Made by a program: the position numbers and the translations under genes | Shown: in pieces, positions 1 through 11,794 of the stretch | Layout of the letters: each line of letters opens with the position of its first letter | How positions within the stretch are numbered: position 1 is the stretch's first letter | NCBI GenBank assembly: GCA_002633005.1 | Contig: NMRA01000088.1 | Coordinates: 917,233-981,232, forward strand | Reading direction: 5' to 3' | Length of the DNA: 64,000 nt | Source: Phoronis australis | Taxonomy: Eukaryota > Animalia > Phoronida | The notes under the pieces: model-generated | The model's database searches: none | Told to the model about the DNA's origin: nothing | Seen by the model: the letters and a program-made list of their open reading frames with translations, nothing else

Positions 1-394
1 AGGTCACAGTGATATATGTAGGACAGGCTGAAGGGTAAAGGTCACAGTTGTACTACTGCAACATCTCCCACGTCACTAGCTTTGCAAGCGAAGGAAACAC
101 ATTGCCTGTTACTTAGTGACCAACGTAATTTCCGAGGTGGAAGCAAGTCAAAATGAATAATTACGTTAAAACTAATTAACATCCTCTGTCATTTTAGTAC
201 CTTGGCAGCAAAATTCTAAAAACAACATTTTTGGAAGGCATTCTTTTATTACTCACAAAAAAGTTTGGCTCACGTCATCATACCAAAATTACAATTCTAC
301 ACAGCAGAACAGAAGGCAACCACAAGGCATTGGTCTCAAACCCATGTAATATGGGAATAAACTCCCAGGGACCTCTATCTCATTGATCTCCTAC

Positions 395-599
395 CTAATA
401 TCTATGTTGCCAAGCAAAGTGGCCCTTCTCAAGATGGCGCGAGCCTGAGAGTTGGTGATGTTCTTCATCGACTCGTTGTTCACTGAGATGATGTAGTCGC
501 CCACTTGGACGCGGCCATCTTTGGCAACTGCGCCTGTTCTGGCGATTGTTTTCACAATACAGCCATTCAAGCCCTTATCAGCAGCATCAACAGTCAGGC
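395..599 (-). CDS. MPDZ: MPDZ/PATJ exon: PDZ6 core (GLTVDAADKGLNGCIVKTIARTGAVAKDGRVQVGDYIISVNNESMKNITNSQARAILRRA...)
   Basis: Acceptor cttttcag, donor AG|gtagga; 205 nt, phase 1 to 2; typical PDZ DGR..GD.I..VN motif. Confidence 0.9.
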
Positions 600-1694
600 C
601 TGAAAAGTAGAGCAGTCAGTTAATGCAGTTCACGTTGTTTGTTTGACGCATATACGTGTTTGTCAAATTGGTTCGTACAAAGCAGCATTTATTTTGTTTT
701 TAACACAGTGGATAGGCTGAAAGTTTTGCAATGAACTGTTCACAATTCTGTAGCCAGAAGAGCATTTTGAGCACAAGCCATTTTTTGAAGTATTGTTTTC
801 AGATGCACTATACATTTTCACGTCATTTTCTCCCACAAACGGCTACAGTCCGTTAATGGAAACATAAGCTGCGAAATGATTTCCCTACATGGCGTCATGA
901 AAATTCCCTCCACAAACCATTCTATATTGCAGAATTTCCTGTGCTTGAACAAGGCCATTCTTGCAAAACTTGCAACCTTTTACACACAGTTAAGTGACCA
1001 TTGAACAACAGTAAAAGCTTTGACTACAGCTAAAAGCAGGAGTTGAAATGGCTTCTTAGATTTGTACAGTTTCGTTAGCTAACAACAACAATAGCAATTA
1101 ATAACATAACAATACCAAACAATTTTGAGCGCAATTCATGATTCAGGCTACAACATCAGCAGTAAACAAATAATCAGCAAAAAGTGTCCCCGACTCGGGC
1201 TCAACTTCAGCCATGTGTCTCGTCATTGCTTTCAGCCTTGGATACGATGTATGGTAGTTTTTGCTGGTCAAGCAACATGTCACTAACGAAGACTTAAGCT
1301 AAAAATGAAACAGTTGACTTGGACGCTGTTTCATGAAAAATGACGAAGTCAGATATTTTGACATGCACTCCAGCTTCACAATTACAATAAAGTTTTTGCC
1401 ATGTTTGCACATGGCAGTTTAGAAATAATTAATGAAACATCTCTGTCGAGCTACCACTTGTGGTTATATTTTCCAATATCCTGTGCTTTTGCTGAGGAGA
1501 GATAAAATTATTTTTCCGCCTGAAAGAGTGTGGAGCATGGAGTGTGGAGACTGTGGAGCCGAAGACAAAATTTTTTACTAAGCCTTAGGCACAGTTCATC
1601 AAATGAGCCCCGCTACATTACGCTCACGTTCAATCCGATGTAGCTGATTATTTGTTCAGTTTCAATGATTACACAATGATAGGCAATTACTTAA

Positions 1695-2768
1695 AGACCC
1701 ATGCAGCACTAATAAGGTCAAGCTAAATCGCAAACTTCTCACACGACAAATCAATTTAGTGGTAGTGAATCTTCTCATTGACACAATCAATGCCTTTCAT
1801 TCCGTCCATAGTTTCATCAAGTGTAATTAGGGACACTAAGTTGCTGTATGAAAACAAGAGCTACGTAGAGTGTTGTGATGAACCCGTGGATGCAACGCCA
1901 ATGATATGCTTCTAGGGTTGTTTATTAGTGGCAAGAAAGTAGCCACTTGATGGCAGAGAACACGTCGAACCCGCCGGTAAAGGGAAGGCATCATCTCCCA
2001 AACGAAATGCATTTGCCAAATTTCATGAAAATCCGCCAAGGAACTCCAAAGATACAGACTCAGAGGCACACGTAAAAATTCAAACTGCCACTAGGAGGCA
2101 CAACAGTGGTCAGAAACAACTATCTATTGTCAAGTTAAGAGAACATACTACCCAAATTTCAGATGCAAAAAATGCAACTGGTGGCACCATAGCAGTCGTG
2201 CTACTGTCAGCAAGAAAAAATATGTCAATTTTTATAACGATCCTCTGAGCACTACGGCAGGTAACAAGGCAGATGATAAAAAGGCTCAAAAACAATTAAA
2301 AAATTATCACTACATGGTGCAGAATATGTTGAATCCATCCCAAAATGGTCCTTTGCAGTTTGGCAGATAAATGAGACAGACGCCAAACAAAAGCAACCAG
2401 ATAGTGGAAAATACATCAAAATGAAAACAAATTTTGTATTTGTACCCTAAATGGAAACTTATCAATGAAATTTCATGAAAATACATCGAGGAACCCTGAA
2501 GTACAGAGGCAAACATAAAAAAATGCCATTAGCAGTACCCCACAGCGGTAGTCGCATCCATCGTTAGTTTCCTAGAAATACACTTGGTAAATCTTATTAA
2601 GACCCTTCAAAGGGTTTAGAAAATAAAACAGTGGACGCCCGGACATCAACAGAGAGATGACTGCACTATACACCCACACAAGTCACGTACATGTGGGAAC
2701 ATAAAAAGGGTCCCACCCTAAAACACGAACAAAAACAATGGTTTTCAAAGATTGCGCTGCATGGGGCT
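1695..2768. mobile_element. Non-autonomous TTAA-specific DNA transposon (Kolobok-type), 1074 bp
   Basis: TTAA|AGACCCATGCAGC ... GCTGCATGGGGCT|TTAA: 13-bp TIR with one mismatch and TTAA on both sides; no coding capacity. Confidence 0.6.
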
Positions 2769-2925
2769 TTAAACAACTACTGAACCAACAAGATGCACTG
2801 CAGTGACTAGACAAAGCACATTCGTTAACCGCAACATGTAAAAAGTATGAGTGCATAACATTCATTAACATGACCAGTTAGAAGCAGTTAGGATGACATA
2901 ACATGGTTGAATCGCCATGCATTGT

Positions 2926-3123
2926 GCAAATTACAACACAGTGCCCACTAGCTCGCTACACTGTAAGTGAGACTGGCTATCTGAAAACAATATGGGAGAT
3001 AATCCGGGCCACGGCACCATAAGCAAATTACAACACAGTGTCCACTAGCTCGCTACACTGTATGTGAGACTGGCTATCTGAAAACAATATGGGAGACAAT
3101 CCAGGCCACGGCACCATAAGCAA
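2926..3123. repeat. Tandem duplication, 97-bp unit x2
   Basis: Units start at 2926 and 3023 and differ by 4 substitutions. Confidence 0.92.
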
Positions 3124-3545
3124 TTCATTCCCCTTGAAATATTTGTTAATATAGCATTCTCCTAATGATTATTTCAAATGCCTACTGTAGATAATAAGCT
3201 ATTGTGAGATAAAGAGCTTTCCCAATAAAATATGGACAAATCAAGAAATAAAGCATTCTGGGATATGAACATGTAAGACAAGGAGACAGATTTAATTGGC
3301 TGTAATGTGAACTTTCTTTGATGAGCAAGCGTGTTCATTTCGTACCTTGATGTTTGGAAAGAAATACAACTCTAGCATTAGCCCACACATGGCAAAAATA
3401 TGCAAATAAGCAGGCCATTAATGAAGGATATTGTATAAACCACTTCAAATAACACACATCATGGACTGCTCCGAGTTGGATCAAAACTCTGAACATTGGG
3501 TAGAACCAAAATCTACAAACGGGGGTAAAACACTGACAACGTTAC

Positions 3546-3629
3546 CGCTGCAGTTCATCGAACCGGCCGTGACGTGGGTGTGGCGATAGACGCCAGACGA
3601 GAGTTTCTCGGCCAGCTCCAGGCAGATTC
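3546..3629 (-). CDS. Candidate alternative cassette exon inside PDZ6 (28 aa: GICLELAEKLSSGVYRHTHVTAGSMNCS)
   Basis: Branch-like ctaat about 30 nt upstream, acceptor cacag, donor G|gtaacg; 84 nt, phase 1 to 1, stop-free, locally GC-rich. Confidence 0.45.
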
Positions 3630-6079
3630 CTGTGTCGTACAACCAAGCATGCAACAAGATTAGGCGGTTACCGAACAAGTGGCAGACATGGTATTTAGAA
3701 GCAGCAGCAGCGAGGTATTAGGTAGACACTTAGGTTGTTTGCTTCCATTCCACCTGTACTGAGCATTGCAAAATTTTATTTCCACCCTCACTAGGTCAAA
3801 AACCACCACACTGGTAGCCGTGTTTTGTGACCTTACTATGACGGAAATAAAACCAGTGAGCATCGTACAGCTGTGCTGTGCATAAATGCTAAATAGAGTG
3901 TACACACGAGATACAATTAGTCAACAGAACATCCGTGACAAAACATCCACCTTGTGTTAGCATTTCCACAACAGAGGAGCATTAGAGTTAGACGAAATGA
4001 AAAGTTGGGCCGACCCCGAAAGAAATAACGGATCACAAAACTCGTCTAAATCCATTTTTAAAATTGCTGTAACAAAAATAGTGTAAAGTATAGGACCAAG
4101 CTGCCAGACAGCAATGCATAGATCTTCCTTCAAGCAACAAATCTTGAAACGTTATATCAACAAGCATTCAGTCTGAGTCGTGTATTCACGAAAATGACGT
4201 GCCCAACACTTCCCAAAGCCAGAAAACAAGGAGTAGTTCATGGGGGAAATGTACCAATCCTTGAGTTTGAAAAGCACGTAACATGCAAAGCTCTTAGCGG
4301 TAGACAATGGACGCACTGACAAATTGTTGAGGGTGCAACCAAGCCCTTATGATTGTCTTACCCAATGGCTTGTCTTAAATTGGAAAGCACAAGAATGCCA
4401 TTAGAAAAGACACACATGAAATGTATCTAGCAAGTATTGAAGGTTCTTGACAAGTGAAACGGTTCTACATAGTTTAAGGTGTTCATTAGGTTTCCTATAA
4501 AGCTGACTGGTTTAGTCTCGTCTAAACACAAGCGTCCACGCCATTCTCCTTGCGATGTTTCCGAGACCAGTTCAGGAGATGACATCAACTGCATATTATT
4601 CCTTAGTTAGCGCTGCTGCCAGCACTTTCCAAATGCTTTGAAGGTTGGTCGTCTACTCCTAAATATCCGGTGACATCACAGATAACTAAGTACTAAGTAG
4701 CCTGGTTTATAATTTGCGTTTCATGTGATGAGTTTTAACACAATGATGGCGAACACTAAGGGAATCTTTCGCGCGCAAAAAAATTGCAAATCTGCCTCTA
4801 ATTATTCCATGCATTTTGAGTCTCAGTCAGTTCTTTTATATCGCATGGTGGTTTCTTCGTTAAACACACATCAAAAAGCACGTTGCAGTGGACCCACGCT
4901 TTCACTTATCATGCGCTCAAATGACTAATGTTGTTATCCATTCCATTGGTTACAAGTCATCCAGTTATCTGTGACGTCACCGGGCAACCATCCCTTAATA
5001 GATTTGAAAAACAACAGCAGCGCCGCCAACAGAGAATGACTTGCACGAGGTGCAATCCCTTGAATTTTAACTGGCCCCCAATCTTTATAAATCACAAAAC
5101 ATTACGAATAACATACAACATTTTAGAGACAAGTATGCCAGCCTTCTCCAATTTGGCATAGAACACAGTGGAACAGTGTACTTCAAAATTACTAAATTTC
5201 CTCAAAAAATACTACTACAGTGAGTTATATGTCTGACTGGTAATAGCCTAATTTGTATTTCGCACAGTTCTTACTGAAAGGCATAACAAAAAATATTTGT
5301 AGCAATGAAGTCAGCCTTCAAAATAAAGAAAACTTGGCTACTATGTTTTTTCAATAAAATATCCTAAGAATGTATTAGCACTTGCTTCGATTCCAAATTC
5401 TTAGGAAAATGTACTAGAACAATCATAGGTTAATAAAAGTTGTAGCAAGTTCATTCCCAATTTTTCAATAAAAATGATGTCAAACCTTTAAATTCTAAGC
5501 AACGCCCATTAAAATGTGTATTTTTTCACATAAAAAGTATGCCGGTAGATAAAATCATAGCACGTTACAAATTCATAGGCCAGGTGAAGTATCGTGCTCA
5601 AGTGTAACACACTCCACAACATATTAAAGCGGCACAAACAATTTCGTGTGGCGACAAAATGTGAAAGTTAACAACCATGCAAGTGTGAACCCAAAATACT
5701 TCAGCTCTCACACAGCTTAAATACAAAATTAAAAATACAAATAGACTTTGTACTATACAGTCTAGTACTGAATACTTGAAGAAGGATTATGTACAACCAA
5801 AATGTGTTTACAAATGGTAGTGCATTTTCAACACGAATTAATACAACAATTTGAAAAACACTTTACTTGGAAAATTATCATCAGTCATGAGATTGTCAAT
5901 TTTTTCAACAAAAACGGTCAGTAATGAATACATGTCATGAGAAAATTCAAAAATCTTCAGTCGAATCCATTTGAATGTGTGATGAAAAGTGCTCAATTAC
6001 TCATAGCCTTTTACCGAATGCAAAAAATGATAACTTTTCACTACTGCATGATGTCATAGAATTTGGTTATGGTCCCTTA

Positions 6080-6161
6080 CAGAGGGTCCTGAAATATGAG
6101 AACCAGTTTCCTCCACTGAGTAACGAGTATCAAACTGGTTCTCAAAATACGAGACTCCCTG
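6080..6161. mobile_element. ~80-bp palindromic MITE (TA-flanked, Tc1/mariner-type), copy 1
   Basis: ta|CAGAGGGTCC...TGAGAACCAGTTT / AAACTGGTTCTCA...CTCCCTG|ta. Confidence 0.7.
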
Positions 6162-6282
6162 TAAGTTGCTTAGAATTCTTTAATCCAATTGTTGCATATT
6201 TCTTTTACTAACTACGACCAATGTTGCTGTTGTTGGCAACAATCCAAACACATTTTGTAACGAACATTTCATTTTTCCTTAC

Positions 6283-6481
6283 CGAGCTGGTCATTTCCCT
6301 TCTTAATTTTGATGTTCCGCTCCAACGCAGATGGCAACGGAGCAAGACCGCTGAACGATGTGCTTGCACCAAACGACCGGCCAAGACGGGGTGAGCCTTT
6401 GGGTGACATGGACGGCGAGCTAACCAATGAAGATCCAGGTGAACCCACCGATGAACTTGGGTACGGGACATCGGAGGTTCT
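6283..6481 (-). CDS. MPDZ: MPDZ/PATJ exon: Ser-Pro-rich segment and first strand of PDZ6 (...ALERNIKIKKGNDQL)
   Basis: Acceptor ttttttag, donor G|gtaagg; 199 nt, phase 0 to 1; the frame differs from the listed 6208-6471 ORF. Confidence 0.86.
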
Positions 6482-8302
6482 CTAAAAAAAGTGGACGCAT
6501 CAGGCTAATAGTTTAGAGTTTGCACTAAACAGGCAGGGGAACACACGATTGTGAACACGATCAAATTCTTAGCTCGCATGAAATCAAATGTTGATCTTTA
6601 ACATCAACTCCATCACTGGACTTTGCTTATATTATGTACAGTACATGACACAAGTACATAAGTACACAAAACACTATTTACCTGTTGTGACAGCTTATTC
6701 TGTTAACAGCAAAAGTGACTAGCAATAGCTATCATGGCAGCAAAACTTTTATTACAAAAGGACTTCTCACGTTGCTTCACCTTCATACTCAATCATGAGG
6801 GAAGGATTCACAGACTATGAATTCAGTTTCCGCCAAGCCGTGCCAACAGACTATTCTGGGTCATCGTGACTAAATATTTTGGAAGGTGCTGGTACAAATT
6901 CAAAATTGTGCACACATCAAACAGACTGCAAATGATTATTTGAATGCAGTTCGTGAGTTAAAATGTCAAAGTTTCGTGCTGTGTTCTCACAACGAAAAGC
7001 CAGACAGTCCAACTTGACAAAAATACATTCAAGTATATGGCAAAATTGGCATGGAACAACTCAAGTGTTAATCAGTTCTTCCTCATAATTATTATCATGT
7101 TTATGTGCAAGAACCATTCAAACATTAAGTAACAACTAGCCAAATTGTAATGTACCCTTCAACAGAGTTAAACAAGAGTAACACAGTACTAATTGAAATC
7201 AAAGCAACAGGTTTAAATTTTTGTTCATATTTTTAATAGTTGCCATATCTAGTGCAAACAACTGTTTCAGGAATTCTTAATAAAATCGCACATTAACAAT
7301 TGTGCATTTCCAACTGAGGATGAACTATCACAATACAAGGTGAACAGAAAGCAAAGCCTTAACAAATGCCACAGGGTATGCAGAAATCCCAAGGTTTCAT
7401 GACTGCAAACACCCAATATCAAAGACTACTCCCTAACTACTGAAAGATACATACATCAACATAAGAAAACAAGAAACGTGTTTTGTCTCAGATAACCGCC
7501 GTCTCTCTAGAACACACTTGTTTGACTTTGCTGGTTCTGCCTGGTCGATCGGCTAAATCATTTGATTGGTCTGTAAGCCGAAAGTCATTATCGAGAAACA
7601 ATCGGATGTCTAAGCCAGTTGACCTGGCGCAAACGGCGAAGTCAATCAAGCTAATAAATGGCAACTTAAGATACAGAACAAACAGCTGTTGTTTTAAACT
7701 TCCTCCATGTTTCATTTTAAAGTTGACGAAATTAGACTCGACTCTTCCCTGCCTATGCGAAAGCCTAATCTACACGTGGGCAATACCGCACAACAGCGAT
7801 ATATTGCCATGCAGAATACGTACCACACATTCAGTTAGTAAAATATTGCGCAATCAAACATACTTTCGGGCTGCAACCTATGCCTGTTGACCAAACTCAA
7901 ACATGCAAGATTACGATTTCCAAACAGGCACTACAATCGGAATTAAATCTGTAGAAACAATTCACATTTTGATTTGTCATCAGGTAAGATAGTGTGCCAT
8001 TAGAGACAGACATCTCTCCCACAATAGCCTAACAATTTAAAATCGGACTCTTGAAGTTTCACAATTAAATAATCAAAACTAACCTCGACTATTTTTAGCC
8101 CGTGACACTTCAAGTTAATGAACGTAAAATAATACTGAAAACACAACACTACACACTATCTACGACAAGTACAAAGCATTTAATTCAGCCTGCAAATAAA
8201 ACCCGCCTCCAAGCTCGTGCAGCTAACCAAACGGAAACCCCAGAACATCAGAGACGATGGGGGAAATGTCTCATGCACTATGAAATCATGATGCAGACTT
8301 AC

Positions 8303-8395
8303 TGGGGACGTCAGCTTGAAGGGGGATACGGGCTTAGGTGCAACGGGAGGGGGAATCTTTTTCACTGCAGGGGTCGCTGTGGTCGGACCAACGGC
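8303..8395 (-). CDS. MPDZ: MPDZ/PATJ Pro-rich linker exon (AVGPTTATPAVKKIPPPVAPKPVSPFKLTSP)
   Basis: Acceptor ctaaccag, donor CCA|gtaagt; 93 nt, phase 0 to 0. Confidence 0.78.
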
Positions 8396-9022
8396 CTGGT
8401 TAGTGATAAACACACATAACGGGTAAACTGAAGTACAATACACAGGAAAATGAATAAAAGGGTGAATGTACATAACAAGAGGAGTGTAAAATGGTTACAG
8501 AAAGTGGTATTTCATATCCAAAATGGCCCCGCGCAATTGGGAACACGTAACTAGTACGACTTATTTTATGACATATGTACTTGTCTGTAGAAGGCATTGA
8601 ATTCTGAGAAGAAGCAACTTCTACGTCGTTCCTGATCATACTGTGAGTTTTCCAGGATAATATTTCTCACGAGTTATTTTTCGCGCAAAAATAAACAGTC
8701 TCAAGTACCTGCTGCTCACAGTTACCGCCAAGCACACCACAACGATTCGCAAAACGGGGTCTTTTATCAATTTTCCATGAGCTTTTCAAATTTTATTACT
8801 GATTATTACAATTTTGGAGATTGTTTTTGCCGTTTTTCAGCCTTTCTGTGTGGAGTGGTACCTGTTCAAGGCTTCAAATGTCAATCCCATGACCATTACG
8901 TCAGCCGCGTTTCATCTCGCTCTTATGTTCAAGGAACAGACTTCCGAGCCTTTGCTCGGCATACTTTTTTAACAGGGACCATGCAACAAAATGGAAATGA
9001 GACGTTTATCTGTAAAACGTAC

Positions 9023-9271
9023 CCTGAATGGAACAGATGATACAACAGTCGTCTCCACCTTTTTCACTTCAGTGACGGCCTCTGTCCTTTTGACCTGGTG
9101 TATGACCCCGTTTTCAGTTTTGACCTCTTGGGTCGTGACCTGTGTCCTCTTAACCTCACTGCCATCTGGTTGTATGACTGAGGACACTTTGGTTTCAGTG
9201 GTGGAAGATGGTTGAGGTTCTTCAACCTTCTCTTCTTCAGAAGATGATGAAGAACTGACGCTTCTTCTCTC
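9023..9271 (-). CDS. MPDZ: MPDZ/PATJ linker exon (ERRSVSSSSSSEEEK...VETTVVSSVPFR)
   Basis: Acceptor ctttcag, donor AGG|gtacgt; 249 nt, phase 0 to 0. Confidence 0.8.
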
Positions 9272-9306
9272 CTGAAAGTGAGACACAGAATATTACAGGT
9301 AATTGT

Positions 9307-9378
9307 CACTAACAAGGGTCACTCAAGTTTCTCCACTGAATAACGGGCATCAAACTGGTTCTCAAAATATGGCACCAC
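9307..9378. mobile_element. ~80-bp palindromic MITE, copy 2 (left arm partly deleted)
   Basis: Shares TCCACTGA.TAACG...ATCAAACTGGTTCTCAAAATA with copy 1. Confidence 0.6.
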
Positions 9379-9893
9379 ACATCCAGTTACGATTTCGATG
9401 AAAAATTGTGAAATGAAGCAATTTTTAAGAACAGCAAAGTGTGCCCTATTTGTCAAGCATAATTTTCATATCAGAAATCGGGACTGTCGTATAAACATAC
9501 CTGGTTGAAAACACGACTTTAATTTTGTGGCCTGGTGGTCGACTTGGCGCCTCACAATGTAAAAATATCTCTGGTCCAAGGACACAAAACCACAAAGTTC
9601 AACCTTTAAGTATGGCCTTCTATACCACACCTCACTTTGTAAGGGCTTCAATTCTTAGGACTCATTGTACCTCTATTGTATGGACCAGGATATTAAACAG
9701 TTAATTACGTTTCATACTGCAGAAATGAATTTTCACACGAGTAGTATGACGATGCAGTCAAACAGGTACACGACATCAACCACACTCGAATACCCAACTA
9801 GTCAATTGACAGACAGGCTCTCTGTTCCTCTTACGAAATTTTTTTGTCACTGCATCCAGACCCCCCCCCCTTATTATGACCTTTGAACCCTAC

Positions 9894-10010
9894 CTCTTTC
9901 TCCTCCTCGTCTTCCTCAAGTAGAATGGCTGGTGCCATCTGCTTGATCTCGTAACTAGTAGGCTCTGGTGATGAGGACGCGGACGAGTGGTCTGAGTCCA
10001 GAATTCCGAC
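9894..10010 (-). CDS. MPDZ: MPDZ/PATJ linker exon (VGILDSDHSSASSSPEP...EEDEEEKE)
   Basis: Acceptor gaacag after a T-rich tract, donor GAG|gtaggg; 117 nt, phase 0 to 0, open frame. Confidence 0.78.
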
Positions 10011-10413
10011 CTGTTCATCAAATGAAAATAAAATGAGTTAGAATTTACACATATGTGAGACAGAGTTCAGTCTGTAGTCTGATATCTTGAATGACTTTTA
10101 CGACCGATTCTAAACACATTATATAGTCATCTTGTGAAAAAGATAGGACTTATAAAACAATACCCAAGTGACAACAAATCCTTTATCTAGTACTAAGGTA
10201 AGAAGCCTCAGAATTACAATTCACATTTCAATCATCATGACAATCTATGGACTTCAATACAGACAGACAACAAAGCTTGAAAATAAAAATAAATGAAAAT
10301 AATGCACATCAAAATTAAACTAATCAGAGCATCAACAGACATACTCTAGGGAAGGGTTGCATAAAACTTCAAACTCAGGATAATTTTATATCTTGTGGTA
10401 AGTAAACATTTCG

Positions 10414-10506
10414 CCATAGTTCAAAATTTAGCAGGATTCATTGGGTCCTGCAAAGGATGGTAAAAAATTCTGAATTTAAGCAGGTCTTTAATACCATAGT
10501 TCAAAA
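10414..10506 (-). other. Ectopic diverged copy of the PDZ5 exon acceptor junction, flanked by 13-bp direct repeats
   Basis: 10430-10496 aligns with 14777-14839; CCATAGTTCAAAA occurs at 10414-10426 and 10494-10506. Confidence 0.8.
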
Positions 10507-11794
10507 CTCCACATCACTGCCACAACTCTCTGCTTTTGCCAAGGTATAAAAACACATTAGAGTGACCTGGTTTTCAAAAGGTAGCACCGCTAACACACTT
10601 CTGAGCCAAGGCAGAAAACTTAAAAGTGGAGAACGATTTATCTCAACACAGTCAGCTTTTTCAACTGTTGTATGTTCGCAACGCAACTCAAATTACAGTA
10701 AAACTTTATTGGCATCAGAATGACAATGAAAAATAGTGATTAGCACACCAGCAGTGCAAGGCAAGTGCCCTGTTCATGCACTGTTTTGCGGGAAAATGAC
10801 CCAGAGATAGCGCTGTTGTATTTTGACGCTGCACTTAACATCTAAGCAACCCAAGCCTAGAGGTACAACACAATCGCTTTTAATTAAGTAATTAGCTGGT
10901 AAACAAGAACAATAACAAGGCAACAAGTGAAAACAACACACTGATGGAAATATGGGGGCCGTTTAATCAAATGTCAAAGGTCTGATCGCAGCTCAGATGG
11001 TCATGACACGTCATTGCAAATACGACACAGCGTTCATTAGCAGAGTGAAAATGTTTTTTGTATTCAGAATCAAAGACCACCTTCATAACCCATGATTCAA
11101 TGAACTGCGTGCATATTAAACTCGACATTATGATCACTTTAGCCAAGACCAGTCTGACAACCTTTGATAAAACAGGCTCATCATCAAGAATAATAAACTA
11201 AAATTAAATAAAACAGTGAAACAGTATAGAGTGCAATTAAATGTTAATTTCAAATGCTACCAAAACATGTCAGAACAACAAAACTAATTAACGTAGCAGA
11301 AATGAAAACATCGACACCGAAAATAGCAGCATTGACAAGACATGTGTTGAATTAAGTAAAGTGCTCTGGGTATACTCTGATTTGCGTCTCTTGGGTAAGC
11401 TCCAGTAGGGATAAGCTCTCAACATAAAAGCCATCATACGTGTTCAATCTTCCCCGAACAATTCTATGAGCTTTCTGACCCAAAACAACACAGTCGGCAT
11501 GTGATGTAATGCTTAACATTCAGGGTATGGGAAAACACACAAGAAAGGTAATACACTGGGGACAAGGGTTAGAAAGCAAAGCGTGTTAAGACGAGGTTAA
11601 CTCTGTGCAAAAACCACGCCGCAAGCAAATGAAACTTGAGAATTACGACGGTTGCAGGTGAGGTTCGGAAACGAGAAATGTCAAAACTCTCGAAGGAAAC
11701 GTTGACAACGAAACTGAAAACTGTAGAAAGCCGCACTGGGTTACAGCTGTGACCCGTCACCGTGCCGGCAGACAAGAAAACACCCCCAACTTAC

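Noticed and set aside
7488-7715. 75-aa minus-strand ORF as a further linker cassette or terminal exon
   Set aside because: An in-frame version needs a rare AAG acceptor and a weak gtgtgt donor. The better acceptors are out of phase.
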